From NCBI GenBank assembly GCA_001949185.1, contig BDGG01000002.1, positions 8,476,133 through 8,540,132 on the forward strand: a DNA stretch of 64,000 nucleotides. The letters run 5' to 3'. The position numbers and the translations under genes were made by a program. Positions within the stretch are counted from its first letter, which is position 1; each line of letters opens with the position of its first letter. The notes beneath the pieces are model-generated. The model had not been told where the DNA came from. It ran no database searches and worked only from the letters and a program-made list of their open reading frames with translations. The DNA comes from Ramazzottius varieornatus. Its lineage: Eukaryota; Animalia; Tardigrada. This document shows positions 25,815 to 38,360 of the stretch, piece by piece.

Positions 25815-26107
25815 AGTCATGTTATGTGTCATGTCATATGTCATCAAGTCACACAAAATAACATATCATACAGTAACGTCAGATCACAGGTTTCATGTGT
25901 CACCGTTTACGCTCACCAGCTGGGGTGAGCGACATTCTATTATCAGCCCGAGGTTAAGGCCGTCCTATAGTCGCGCTGAGGCTACCGTTGACGCAGGTTG
26001 AGCAACCAGGGGAAATTGCCTACCGCCAAGAAAGTGGAACTGACTAGGAATTGAACTTGCGCATTCATGTACCACAGAGCAACACTTCGCAAACAATGCC
26101 ACATCGC
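25815..26107 (-). mobile_element. probable tRNA-derived SINE
   Basis: The minus strand starts gcgatgTGGCATTGTTTG (A-box-like) and has AAGTTCAATTCC (B-box-like) at tRNA spacing. A ~180-nt body follows, then a degenerate (catgac/atgac) tail. Confidence 0.55.
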
Positions 26108-26279
26108 ATCAATAAAATAACGCGCCGACTTCCTCAGTTTGTGCAATACGAAAATTTATTCACCCCAGTTACTTAACAGCAGAAAAATGTCATCTCAACC
26201 TGGAGCAGATCCCTTTAAATCCCGGTCTTTCTCACTGTAATTTCCTCCATGTTGAACTCACTTCATCATATGAACCCCC

Positions 26280-29200
26280 ACGAGAAATGTCCCGCTCAGC
26301 TTGTATACAACATCGTAGACCAGCACAGGGAGATCAGCATTACGAGAGCCGATACCGTAAACGAGGTAACGACTATCATCAACCACACCTTACAGCGCCC
26401 GCGTTTAAGACTCGAGTATTCACCCTGACCGCAAAGCACAAGACAAACCCTCACCACCGCGATGGTAGTAATATAGCCACCCCGGTAAGTGGCAGAGACG
26501 CGGCGGTATTCCCGTGCCGCCATGATATGGTAGGCAGCACAAATCATCCATCGCATACGGCCATTACCGACGGGAGACGCATCAGTGAAGATACGAGCAC
26601 ACAGAGTTTTGCGGAGCCTCTTACCGTACGTCCGGGTTCCCCATCAAAAAACGTCCATTAGGGGAGCTGGCTGCTCAGGCCACCAGCAGCCTACAGCGCC
26701 CCTCCACAACTTGCTGTAGACCCTCCCGCAGCATGAAACTTGCCTGCTGGAACGTAAACGGACATAAGCTTGCCTCGGACACTGCTACTCAGGCTCTCTT
26801 CAAAACATCTGATATCGTTGTTCCCACAGAAATTCACTTATTTGACTGTCGCTCGTTCTTTGACTATGAACATTTTCCTGTATTATCGGCGATTACCCAC
26901 AACGCCACGGTAGGTTCGTGGGTGGAACGCGGAGGCATCACAATCGTCTCCAGTAAATATAAGTTCAGGAGGTTCAAACCTCAGTTCCCCGATGAGTTTC
27001 TGGCAGTAGAAATTAATAGGCCGGAAGGCGCCTCCGTGTGCACGATACTCGTGGTGTACTTTCCACCTTGCCAGTCCCAATACATCTCTCTCGAATGAGA
27101 AGAGGATATGTGGGAAGAGCTCATAGCACTCACCCAGAGAATCGATTCCACGCGGCCGCTCGTCGTTATGGGCGACTTCAACACGCACCTCTGCGACTTT
27201 CCGCTCAATGTACTAGTCGAGGGATCTGACAGCAACCACGAGCTTGTCGCCGTGGACTACTTCCTCAATATAGACAGAAATCCCTGCAATTACCGGTCTA
27301 AGCTGTTTCTTGACTACGTTCGAGAAGTAGACCTCATCAGTCTTAACGGATTGGATGATCTCGGTAAACAGTTCCCCGCCAAATTCACTTTCGAGCGGCA
27401 CTGTCATAGTTCGGTCCAACGTACTGATATTGACTACTCTCTGGTCCGCTCGTCCGATGTGCCTCTTGTCAGTAGCTTTGACGTCCTGGACCAGCATCCC
27501 GGCCTCTCAGACCATCTTATTATGTGTGTGGAAATCAAGCTCCAACAGCACTGTACACGTGGTTTGAGACGGCGTCCGACACCTTCTGACCAGCCAAAGG
27601 TCCGCACTAACTGGGCTGCATTAGCACAGGAGATTGTGGGTCCTCTGACGTCATCATTCGCAGCCGGCCAGTATGACAGCCTGTCAGCGCTGCTTGATGT
27701 GACACCAGGCATGGTTGCTCAACTGCGAAGAACATACTCGTATCAGCCACGAATGTCAACCTGTGACCCACACTCAACCTCTCTTCGAAACAGGTTGAGG
27801 GAGAGCAAAGAAGCCTACAGAAATACCAGCGATATAAAGCCTCGGAAAGCTTTGGCTGCTAGAATGCGCCGCACAGTGAGGTCCCTGCAGGTAAACGAGC
27901 ATCTGACCTCCCTCCGATCCCTCCTGACGTCGAAACGGCACAACCTCGGAAGCTTTTGGTTTATATTCAAGGACCCTAATACCGAGAACTCTTTACCATT
28001 TACTGTAGAAGAAATTACGCAGCACCTCCAGATAACGGGACAGCCGACCGAAGCACTTCCGAACAAATCGGTATACGTCTCTTTCGAACGACAGACAATA
28101 AGAGCTGCTACGATCCACTGACACTCGACGAGCTCATGGGAGCCATCATGAAGATCCAGTCGAAGAGCTCCAGTGGTCCTGACAAGCTTCCCACCGAACT
28201 CTATAAACTGCTACTGTACCATCGCGATTACCAGCTTTTAATGCTAGCGTGTTTTGACGAGATGCTCTGCTCGGGCACCGTGCCTGCTGAGTGGCTTTTG
28301 TCCAAGCTCGTGACTATCCCAGAGAAAGCCAAATCCGTCTCATTGGAAAACTTGCGTCCAATATGCATCATGGCGCCACCCACGAGAATTTTCATGAAAC
28401 TTGTGTGTGGACGGCTCGTCTCGTACCTTCCCATGCTGCACAGCAGTTTGGGTTCACTGCTGGCAAGTCCCGCTCGGAAGCGCTTCTGACATACTCTGCC
28501 GCAGTTAAAACGTCCGTCGCGCGGAGGCTATTTCGTAGCGGTGTTCCTCGACCTTAAGGCCGCTTCGAGACCGTAAACCACGGCACACTTCTTTCACTCC
28601 TTGAGCTATCCATGACACCTTTCCCCCTCTGTAAGATCATGAAGAACGTTTACCACAACTCTGCCTGTAGTGTCTTCGCAAACGGCGAGTACAGTGAACC
28701 TTTCAGACCAACGAAGGTGTAAAGCAAGGAGACCCAGCGTCAGGTGAGCTTTATATATTTCATCTTCCGAAACTCCATGAATATGTCAGCCAGAGCAGAC
28801 AAGCGGAAATCTCCCTGGGCGGTCGTCCAGTGTTCCTGCTGTTGTACGCCGACGACATCGTGATTTTGTCGGTCTTAATCGAGCACGCTCAGCTGACTAT
28901 TAGCCGAGTTTTTGAATACATGAAATCTCTCGGTCTAACCCTGAACGTGCCAAAATGCGCTGTCATGCACATAAGCAGAACCGAAGCTCGCCTACAATCA
29001 CTCCCGCCTCTCTTCATCGGCAACTGGGAAGTTGAGATCGTTACGCAATTCAAGTACCTCGGAGCAACAGTCAACAGCTCGAAGAACTACACCCAGACGA
29101 AGCTTGCGAACGTGCCTATTGCGACTGCTGCGTCTCCTATGATGCTCCGTTGCATTACCCAACGAGTAGCTTATGCGCCAGTTGACTTGGGGCTCGAGCA

Positions 29201-31158
29201 TTTCGGCACCTTTGCAAAATCGGTAGCCTCGACCGGCCATATTATAATCAACGAATGGCTCTTTCCCGGATCCCGCCTACTCAAACGAGAGAATATCAAC
29301 CGGGTTTTTACACGCTGACTCAAATCCCTCCTGGGAGTAAGGCGAACCTCGCCCGACCCCGGGGTGTAGCACATAACGGGTCTGCTTCCGCTGAGCTTTC
29401 AAATTGCCGGGATGACCGTACAGCTCTATATGAAAACAGCTCGCTCGTCGGTGGACGAGCTCGAAATTTGTGCCTTAAAGCAGATCCTAGCCGACCGTAA
29501 GTTACGGGGAACCATATACAAACGTTTCCTGCATCCTGTCTTCGGGCTAGATGAATCAGACTCTGTAGAGGTCTCAATGGCGAAAATATCCTGCTTTAAC
29601 CACTCTGAGTTCTTCGCATTAGCCAAGACCAGTTTCGTACAGCCATTCACGGAATGGTTGCTCTCCCACCGAAGCTCGACCTTCTTGTGAAAGTTTTCCC
29701 TTCCGATGCTCTGCCAGGTTGGCTTTCCGACAGTTCTAAGGTCCCTGTTGGACTGTTGCACACATTTTGTCGCGTTCTTTTATCATCGTTCAATCTGTCA
29801 GTTGGAACGGGCCGATGGGAATCATCCATCACTCGCTTTTACCGGGAAGACCGGAAGTGCCGTCTTTGCTTAGTCGGAATCGAGAACATACCGCATTTTA
29901 CGACTATATGTCCTCTCTTTGACGGTCCTCGTCGAGACCTTACAGGCGACCTCTGCGAACTCGGGTTCTCGAGCTGTATCAACTTAGTTTCGTGTCTGGT
30001 GCGCTGTCTAACTGTTGCACACGTGCCTGTTTGTCTGATATTCGCAAAGTTCTTCCACAAAGTCTTGGGTCATCCTGTTCTCGCCAAAGCATGCCCAAAC
30101 ACTGTCCGTCAAACTCGTTCACAGGTGATCAGTTGCGCATGACACACCAGCATGCCTCTGAGAGCGCTTCCCAGCTCTTTGCACTCACGGCTTCGTAACA
30201 AATTGACAGATGACCGGACATAGGAAGTAACCAAATGCTATTTTCAGGTTATGAATTTCCCCTTCAGCATGTTGGGAGGAATGATTGGAGCCTATGTTCC
30301 TTACCAAATGTCAGGACTGATCACGGGATTTCCTATGGGTTTCCCGCTAGGACCCTCGTTTCGCTTTTCCCTCGGTCCCTCGGTCCCTCGGCGGGTACGC
30401 CTCAGCTGGGAACTTCGCTCAACCGAGATTCACGGCCGATGAGTGGCTGATCCTACCAGGAATGACAGCGAACCAACTAGCCACTGCAGCGACCCAACCA
30501 GCTGTTCCATCCATCAGCCCTGGCGCTCCGACCATCCAACCGTCCAGCCTTCGTGTCTCTCAAGCCAGCTCCTACCATGCATCAGCGATAACCAACAGCC
30601 CCGTCGGTACGGGTCGACCGGATGTGAAGATCAACTTGGGGTCGATCGGCCCACCGCGCAGTGGACGTGGCAGTGGACGTGGCAGTGGACGTGGCAGTGG
30701 ACGTGGAATCCACCAGAACCTGGACCCGCCGAGCCAGGCGGATCACCCTCCCATCGGTACTACCAGGTTCGGAGGGCGAGCCCAAGTCAGCGAAGAAGAC
30801 CCTCGCGACGGACAGCAAAAACCCAACCGCACACATGGACCAGCTCGAGCATCAAACCGGGAACGACGGAGCCAGTCGGACATGAAAATGGACGATTGAG
30901 AACCTGGATGAAGGCGGAAAGAACGCTCCCTCATTCCTTGTTTGGTAGTTAGCTCTCCCTGCTATGGTTGTGCGAATTTTCCACTTCCTTTCTGGTGCCT
31001 GATCTCGGATTGTAATCTCTATGTGTCAATCTCTGAAGTTAATCTTGATCGCTTCCACTTGCCAAAGCTGTTAGTACTGTATTTTTATGTTTTGTTATCC
31101 TCTGACGATCGAGGAAGCCGTCGACTAGATTGTCGAGGCTCAATAAATCTATCTATCT
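26280..31158 (+). mobile_element. decayed non-LTR retrotransposon (LINE): APE endonuclease, RT and C-terminal CCHC finger; 5' end uncertain
   Basis: EN: MKLACWNVNG, MGDFNTH, DIDYSL, SDHL (26733-27520). RT: SSGPDKLP, NLRPI, QFGF..GKS, GVKQGDP, LLYADDIV, FKYLG (28136-29070). CRLC...ENIPHFTTIC at ~29858-29910. Several stops and frameshifts. AATAAA followed by a (TCTA)n tail at 31142-31158. Confidence 0.9.
30658..30707 (+). repeat. 12-bp tandem repeat (gtggacgtggca) x ~4, encoding RGSG in ORF 30462-30899
   Basis: Read directly from the sequence. Confidence 0.9.
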
Positions 31159-31255
31159 GCATATATTTATGCTCGGAGCTCTCGCAATGTCTTATAAGGT
31201 ACGACTCAGACTGGCCGGAGGATTTGTTGACTTTGTTCGTCTCCACTCTCCACGC

Positions 31256-31690
31256 TAGAGCACGGAATCTGGCCGCATGTGCTGCGCTGTACTGTAGCTG
31301 TGCTGTGCTGCAGCACAGCTGCAGCTCGTGAACTGACGAAATTTGTGCGGCACAGCACAGCTACAGCAGAAAGCCATAGACTATCGCGCAGATGCACCTA
31401 CCGAAACCTAACAAAAATTACAGTTTTCGGGCATTCGAACGTCAGCCGTCTCAGCTTTGCCGTAGTTTAGGGCAACGTTCTCCAGGTCGACTACCGATTT
31501 CGCTGACTAAATTACAAACCACTTCAATACATCGGCGTTCCGCGTAGTTGCACCAGGTCAACGTGCATATGCAGCACAGCTGCTTAGCCACTGGGCATGA
31601 AAGCTGTGCAGCACAGCGCAGCGTACAGCGTCCTGGTAATGTGCGCAGCACAGTTGCAGCGTACTTTTGGACCTGCGGCCCAGTACTCTA
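31256..31690. mobile_element. hAT-type MITE rich in gcagcacag/ctgtgctgc subterminal repeats
   Basis: Termini tagagcac / gtactcta; 8-bp TSD ctccacgc / ttccacgc (7 of 8 match); inverted subterminal repeats. Confidence 0.75.
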
Positions 31691-31747
31691 TTCCACGCTC
31701 TCTTCGAGTCTTTTGGGCTCTCGGCCATCTTCTGTAAATCCGTTAAG

Positions 31748-34700
31748 ATGCTTCTGTTACAGGTAGACTGCCGAAGGACGAAGCTGTTCTATCTCATCTT
31801 GGTCACTGGACGTCGAGGCCTGTCCACCGTCAAGAAACCGGAGCTGTCGCTGCTTCCTCGCACTTATCAAGCGAGCTATGTGGAATCGCGCTGGTATGAA
31901 TGGTGGCAAGCGAAAGGATTTTTCAAGCCTAAGGACGACAAGAAGGAACGCTTCTCCATCATGCTACCACCACCGAACGTCACGGGATCGCTGCATCTGG
32001 GCCACACGCTGACCATCGCCATTCAAGACGCTCTGGTGCGCTACAGCAAGATGAAAGGCCGATCGGTCTTGTGGATTCCCGGGCTTGATCATGCTGGTAT
32101 CGCTACACAAGTTCAAGTCGAGAAACAACTGTGGAGTAGCCGTAGAGTTCGACGCCATGAAATGGGACGGGAAGAGTTCTTGACGGAAGCAGAAAAATGG
32201 AAGGAAGAAAAATCGTCTAGTATTAAATGTCAGTACAGCGGGGTAGGCTTGGGGTTGCTAAATTTCGGGCTGCTCAATCAAATCAACAGCCTTACGGCCC
32301 ACGTGACTGCGTGACTGCGACGGGGAGTCACGTGCCAAATTTGTCGGATGTTCGATTTTCAATCAGTTTATTTCTTTGACAGCGCAGATTCGACGACTTG
32401 GCGCAGTTGTCGATTGGGACCGACTTTCTTTCACGCTCGACAGCCGGATCCAGCATGGAGTGCGTGAAGCCTTCATTCGCCTCCATGAAAAGGGAAGAAT
32501 CTACCGTGATGAACGCTTGGTGAATTGGTGTGGAGCTCTTCAGTCGACCATCTCGGACATTGAAGTCGAGCGGCAAGAAATTACAGAAGCGTCAACCAAA
32601 CTGAAAATTCCCGGTGAAGCACACCCCGTTGAGTTTGGCTACCTCAGCCTGTTCGCGTATCCTCTGGCCGATGGTGATGGAAGGGAGGAAGTTGTATTAG
32701 CTACCACCAGGCTGGAGACGATGTTGGGGGATGCTGCGGTCGCCGTCCATCCGGAAGATCCAAGGTATGAGACAGCGACTGACAATTTGTGATGTCATGT
32801 GAGCGTAATGTAGTATGTCACGAAATACGTTTGATAGGTATCGAAAGTTTCACGGTCGCTGCGTCAAACATCCGTTCCTCCGCACGGCTCTGCCCATCAT
32901 CTGCGATGAGTTTGTGGATCAAAAGCTGGGAACGGGTGCAGTGAAGATCACTCCCGCTCACGACCACAATGACTTTGAAGTCGGAAAGCGACACGGTCTC
33001 CGGATGAACCGCGTTACAGACGACAGCGGTAAGATCATGTCAGAACTTCCCGAACTGAATGGGCTTTCGCGTTTCCAAGCTCGTGCAGCCATACAGTCGC
33101 TCCTCCAGAAGGCGAATCTGTGGCGCGGAAGAACGGCTCATAAGACAGTCGTTCCGGTGTGTAGTCGTTCTGGGGATGTGATTGAGCCACAGTTGAAAAG
33201 TCAGTGGTTCCTCGAGTGTGATGAACTGGCTTCGGCAGCTTCTCGGGCTGTGACAGAGGGAACGCTAAGGTTAGTCCCAGACAGATTCGAGAAGATTTGG
33301 CAGCAGTGGTTGTCGGAAAGAAGAGACTGGTGCTTGTCCAGGCAGCTGTGGTGGGGCCAGAGAATCCCGGCCTATCGTGCGGAGATTAACGAAAGGGAAG
33401 AATGGGTGTCAGCTCACAGCCAAGAGGAAGCCGCGGCCAAATTCAGAAATAAGTTTGGAACACGAGACGTGACTTTGACACAGGATCCAGATGTGCTGGA
33501 TACATGGTTCACTTCCTCAGCTTTACCTTTCGTGACGTTAGGCTGGCCTGATAAGACAGAAGACTTCCAGAAACACTACCCGTTGAACCTGATGGAAACT
33601 GGCCACGATATTCTCTTCTTCTGGGTGGCGCGGATGGTTTTCATGGGTCTCGCCTTGACTGACAAGCTACCCTTTGACAAAGTGCTGCTGCATGGCCTGA
33701 TCTGTGATAAAGACGGCAAGAAGATGAGCAAGTCAGTGGGGAATGTCATCGATCCCATGGCCATCGTTTGTGGTCTGACGGAAAGTGACAGGAGGGAGAA
33801 GAAAAAGAAGAAGGTGGACATCGGGGCCGATGCGCTACGCTTTGCCTTGTGTCGGTATGACACGCAGCAGCACTTCATCAACGTCGACTTGGAAGACGTT
33901 GAGCAGGCCAACAAGTTCTGTAACAAAATTTGGCAAGCTTTCTTCCTGTGTTCGTCCGTCTGGGAGAAGTTCTCAGGAAGAGTTTGTGACTTTGAACCGT
34001 TGGAAAGCTCAGCCGGAAGTCCGATCAAACACTCAGGCCACTCAGCTACTCACCCGTACAAGGCCGTGTCTTGCTCGCCTTCAGCCGACAAGTCCGTGCT
34101 GCAACTACGCCGTGAGGGTACGGGACACGAACCTTTGTTGACGGGTCAGTCCGTGATCAAGGCCGTGCCAGACCGCGATGACGTCGAAACTGTTCGACGG
34201 TGGCTTCTGGGTACGCTGCACGATCTGGTTGTTGCTTCCGAAGCAGCCATGGAAGATTTCCAGCTGAACATTGTGGCTGAAAGTCTGTACGATTTCTGGT
34301 ATGACGATTTCTGCGATGTCTATCTCGAAAGTACCAAGCCAGTGCTGCAGGAAAGTAGCGTGAAGGAATGTCAGCAGATTGCTCAAACAATGCAGCATGT
34401 TTTCGCTGTCTGTCTCCCTCTCCTCAGTCTCTTTATGCCCAACCTGGCAGAAGAACTGTACCAGCGTCTGCCTGGCACTTCCGTTGAAAGCGTCTGCCTG
34501 ACGGCTTTCCCTGATACGAATGCCATACCACAGTGCGAGGCAGGCTTGAAGACGGACATGACAGAGATTCTGGACGTGTCCAAAGCCGTTAAGAATATCA
34601 GAGCGCAGTACGGGATCGTCACTGAAAGACCAGCCTTGTTCCTCGTTTGTCCCAACGAAGACTCGAGACACAGGCTGGAGAAATTGAGCCAGGTTCTTCA

Positions 34701-35037
34701 GGTCAACTCAAAGTCGAAGGTAGTAAGCTTCGCCGGAAGCACGGCGGAAGTCGACACGTTAGAGTGTGCTTTCGATGTCAGCCTGGATGGTGTCAAGATT
34801 TTCGTTCATCTGCCAACTCGGTTTGACGCTGAAAGAGAGCAAGCCAGAGTGGAGAAACAGCGGAAGAAACTCCAGAAGGAAATCGAAGAGCTGGAAGAGG
34901 TATTGTCGAAAACTAGGAAAGAAGCTTTGATTGAACAGTGTTCGATTTCTTTGAGTAAAATGCGTTCTCGTTTGGAAGCTTTAAGTTCTTACGACCAAAG
35001 TATGACGAGTTTCGCTGTTCGAAGTTCTCGTTTGTAA
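31748..35037 (+). CDS. VARS2: valyl-tRNA synthetase, probably mitochondrial (3 exons)
   Basis: Exons 31748-32228, 32383-32764 and 32838-35037. PPPNVTGSLHLGH (HIGH), DHAGIATQ, TTRLETMLGD, GTGAVKITPAHD, DWCLSRQLWWG, KMSKS, C-terminal coiled coil. A short basic N-terminus (…RRGLST) without the long cytosolic extension suggests a mitochondrial presequence. Confidence 0.93.
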
Positions 35038-35238
35038 ATACTGCAAGTCCGACTTTTGTATTCGGAGTTTGTCTGTGAGTTAGTAGAAAACCTGTGGAAA
35101 AGAAACAAAGACGGAGACGAAAACAGTGTAAACTTTTTCAGCGATTAGTAATGAGTCGAGTGAAATATTCGTCTGTTGATGGCAGATCGGAAAATCAGAA
35201 GGATTTGAGCACAAGTTTCTTGTGAGAATGTGTGGAAA

Positions 35239-36595
35239 TCAGACAGTGGTTCGTTTGGAGCTTCCAAGATGAGAGCGTGGCATGGAACCGGAAGTGCTGC
35301 TTTGGTTGTCGGAGTGACTTTGCAGCAGTGGGCGGAACTTGGCCTGAAATTCCAGATCAGCTACCATCTGTCGGTTGTTCTGACGGCGGATGCGCGTGAC
35401 AATCTTGGTGAAGAGCGGTGGAAGGATCAAGGCCAGCAGAGCGCCCAGGATCATGCCGGACAGACCGACGAAGCAGCAGTTGAGGAAGATGACGGTCCAG
35501 GCCATTTCCGCCTCGCTTTTCTTGCTCGGGTCCACGGTCGTAGGGGGCGTCGAGAGTGAAGTCCCATGGTCAGGGGCAGACAGAGGCTGAGCAAAGGATG
35601 TTTCTGTTTGGTAATCTTTGTAATCCGGAGCCAGCAAGGTCTGTAATGGAGGAAGCAAGTTTTTGCATTGCAAGTTGATTGCCCGTAGAAAAACCATAAA
35701 GTCAGCTGGCAGATCGGCAAACGTTTTTCCCCAAGTGGCGCACGCTATCCGCCACTGACACTACAGATGTGCGCCACTAGACAAAATGATGTCGTCGAGT
35801 TTTCCAAATGGCGCGGGATTCCAGTCAGTGGCACCGAGAATGTGCGCCAGTTGGAAAAGCCACCCTGCCGAGGTTGTCTGCCAACATTCGAATTATTCTG
35901 AGTATATTTTTAGCTTCTGTACTTACTATGGTTTCTGGAGCACCCGTTGGTCCTTCATCCTGCAAGCCACAGGAAAACACTGTTTATTCAAAACGCCAGG
36001 TTCTTTGAATAGCGAGCATTGGCCAAACCCACACGAAAAAAGTCCGGCTTCTTTTCTGAGGACATTTTATGCCATCCGGCGCGCTCTTTTCGTCGAGAAA
36101 ACGTAGATTGATTCCGTAGCTCATTCAGATTCAAATTCGTTCAGTTCAGTCATACCTTTGCAGCTGAAAAGCACTTACCGGGCAGACTTCGCTCTGGACA
36201 ACAATGCCTCGTTCACGGTAGGCATCAAGATCGCCGCAGTTGTCCATCGAGGCATTACCGAGGAAGAGAAGCTTCATGTTGAAGAAGTAGTCGAGGAAGA
36301 GGTCTACGTTGGGCAGGACTCGGATGGCTTTGGGCTCCAGGGTGATGGAACGGAGGTTCTCGATAAAGGCTTTGCCTTTGTCATCGCACAGATTCAAAGC
36401 CAGCATGGTCATTAGCGACTCCAAAGTAATGTATTCATTGCCGCTACAGTTCATGATCGCCCCTTGGCCGCCTTTGACGATGTCGCAAGAACAGACCGCG
36501 ATGGGACAATAATCATCCTCGATGTAAAGTTCGGAATTGTGAGCTACCGCCATGCACACAGCGAAAGAAACCAGGAAAAACACTCGCATCATCAT
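35239..36595 (-). CDS. single-pass type I membrane protein with an LRR N-cap-like ectodomain (2 exons)
   Basis: Exon 36595-36179 has a signal peptide, CPIAVCSC...MNCS and LRSITL/MKLLFLGN. It splices in phase 0 to 35640-35239 (S/T/P stalk, TM helix, short tail). Confidence 0.75.
35730..35854. mobile_element. miniature inverted-repeat element (CCCAAGTGGCGCAC termini), intronic; a relative lies at 44003-44055
   Basis: cccaagtggcgcac...gtgcgccagttgg here; cctaagtggcgcac...gtgcgccaattggg in the GALNT intron. Confidence 0.6.
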
Positions 36596-37328
36596 GGAAA
36601 AGGCCCCAGAAAGAGTGGACCAAAAGAGCAGCTGGGTGCGGAACTAGAATGGCCGACAAATAGACCTTGAAAAGATGGTCGGATGCGGAGAAACGAAGCG
36701 TGTAGTTTTATGCAGCAGATTGTCGAAGAGAGGATGGAAAAAGGCCAAGTGTTGCTCTGTCATCTGTCTGTCTCTCGGTATATCTAGATGGCTCTGGTTA
36801 TGAGTTGTTTTGTTTCATGGCCAGCTGAACTTTGCCCCTGTTGTGGTGGAAGGCAAAAGAGGGGGAAGAATATACGACATAATGCCATGGGTTTTTGCTG
36901 GGCAATGCTCATTCCAGGCTGATAACGTGACAAGCTCTAGCTTTTGTGGGCCAACACAATGCACAGACCATAGCTGGCGTGCCAGTGGGGATTCTTGGCT
37001 AGGTCGTCCACATGTGGGCTTGTCAGACCGGAAACGTCAAGGGACTGGATGGACGGCAAGAAACGAGAAAGAAAAAGCTCGAAAGCAAGATCCATTGTCT
37101 TTGTCACGTCCGATGCTCCAAGAAAATTACGCAAGACATGGCATAATTTTTTTACCCGTGCCGCCAAAATGTCCATCTCCTTTTCTTCGACTATCAAAGT
37201 TTATACATTTTCAAGTAGAGGCTTTTACCGTTATTGCGACTGATTAAACATATTAAAGGATAAGGCGAAATGAGTGACGAAGTTGGTGCTGAAAGCGGCA
37301 GTTGCTGGCCAGATGGTTCTGTGGCCTT

Positions 37329-38360
37329 TCAGCTGGTTGGTTGTGGGCGCTTGAGGCAGACGTTGCCGTTGTAGCAGTCGCCTTGCTTGATCAAGGAGCA
37401 GCCAGTGCGGAAGCGGCACTCTTCCTGAGGTCCACAGTCCAGGCTGGTCCGACACTGGTCCTGGTAAGCGCTGCGCCGCTGCCGGCTTCGTTTGCGCATA
37501 TGCCCAAGGAAGGACAGATCTTTGTGGAAGGCGCTTCCGGGATTGTAGCTCGGGCTCTCTCCCAGATACCCTAAAGACGATACATCCACATCAACGATGA
37601 GCTGCTGTTTAGCCTGCCAGGCTTGTCTGCTTTCGAGCGTCTCATCGTACCTTGGCGAACGCAAAAGACCTCCATGCTGTCGATGCGGCCTTCGCTCAAG
37701 AGAGGCATTGTGCGTTTGCAGTGCGGCTCCTGCAGCTCCTCCGAGTGGCAGTTGGCCATATCGGCTGCAACAGGGAAGAAGAGGTATCCCGCTTGGCATT
37801 GCCATCCAGCTTCGCAGGTGACTTTCTGTCACAGCAAAAATAACAACCGTCACCCCTCAAGGAAGAATTCGCCAAAGTAAACAATTAGCCCAGTGCAAAT
37901 TAGAATGGGCTTTTGTCAATGCAGTCACGGAGAAAGTCATGAGTTTTGAAAGTACCACGGCAAAGGCATTGGCCGGGAAAGTGCCGACTAACGAGAAAGA
38001 TCAGAAAATAATCAGATTTAGGCAGGAAGCCAGAATGAAGCCGCTTCTATGTTTAATGGCTACCCGCATGACATAATTATTACGGAAATCAGATCGATTG
38101 GCTACGAGTACTTACGAATCGATCACAGATGGGCTGACCGGACGGCGAAGTACTTTCCAACGGAACAATGGCTGCAATGGAAGAGACAGCATCGCTTGTG
38201 CGGGGCAGATTAATGGCCAAAATAATGAATTGTCCAAAGTGGACAGTTGCCTCGAAAGTGATATGGTTCAACAGCAGCACATACCGGAGAAGACGAGGCC
38301 GCGAACGATGGACAAAGTCAAGCAGATGGGTCCGACACTGAGGAGCCGTGGTCGAGCCAT
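37329..38360 (-). CDS. secreted 182-aa precursor with two six-Cys modules separated by a polybasic cleavage site (4 exons)
   Basis: Exons 38360-38285, 38171-38116, 37825-37651 and 37570-37329 are all GT-AG and in phase (549 nt). Signal peptide MARPRLLSVGPICLTLSIVRG; RKRSRQRR lies between the modules. Confidence 0.8.

Noticed and set aside
26033-26107. Functional tRNA gene
   Set aside because: Stems pair poorly and the boxes are degenerate; it fits a SINE head better.
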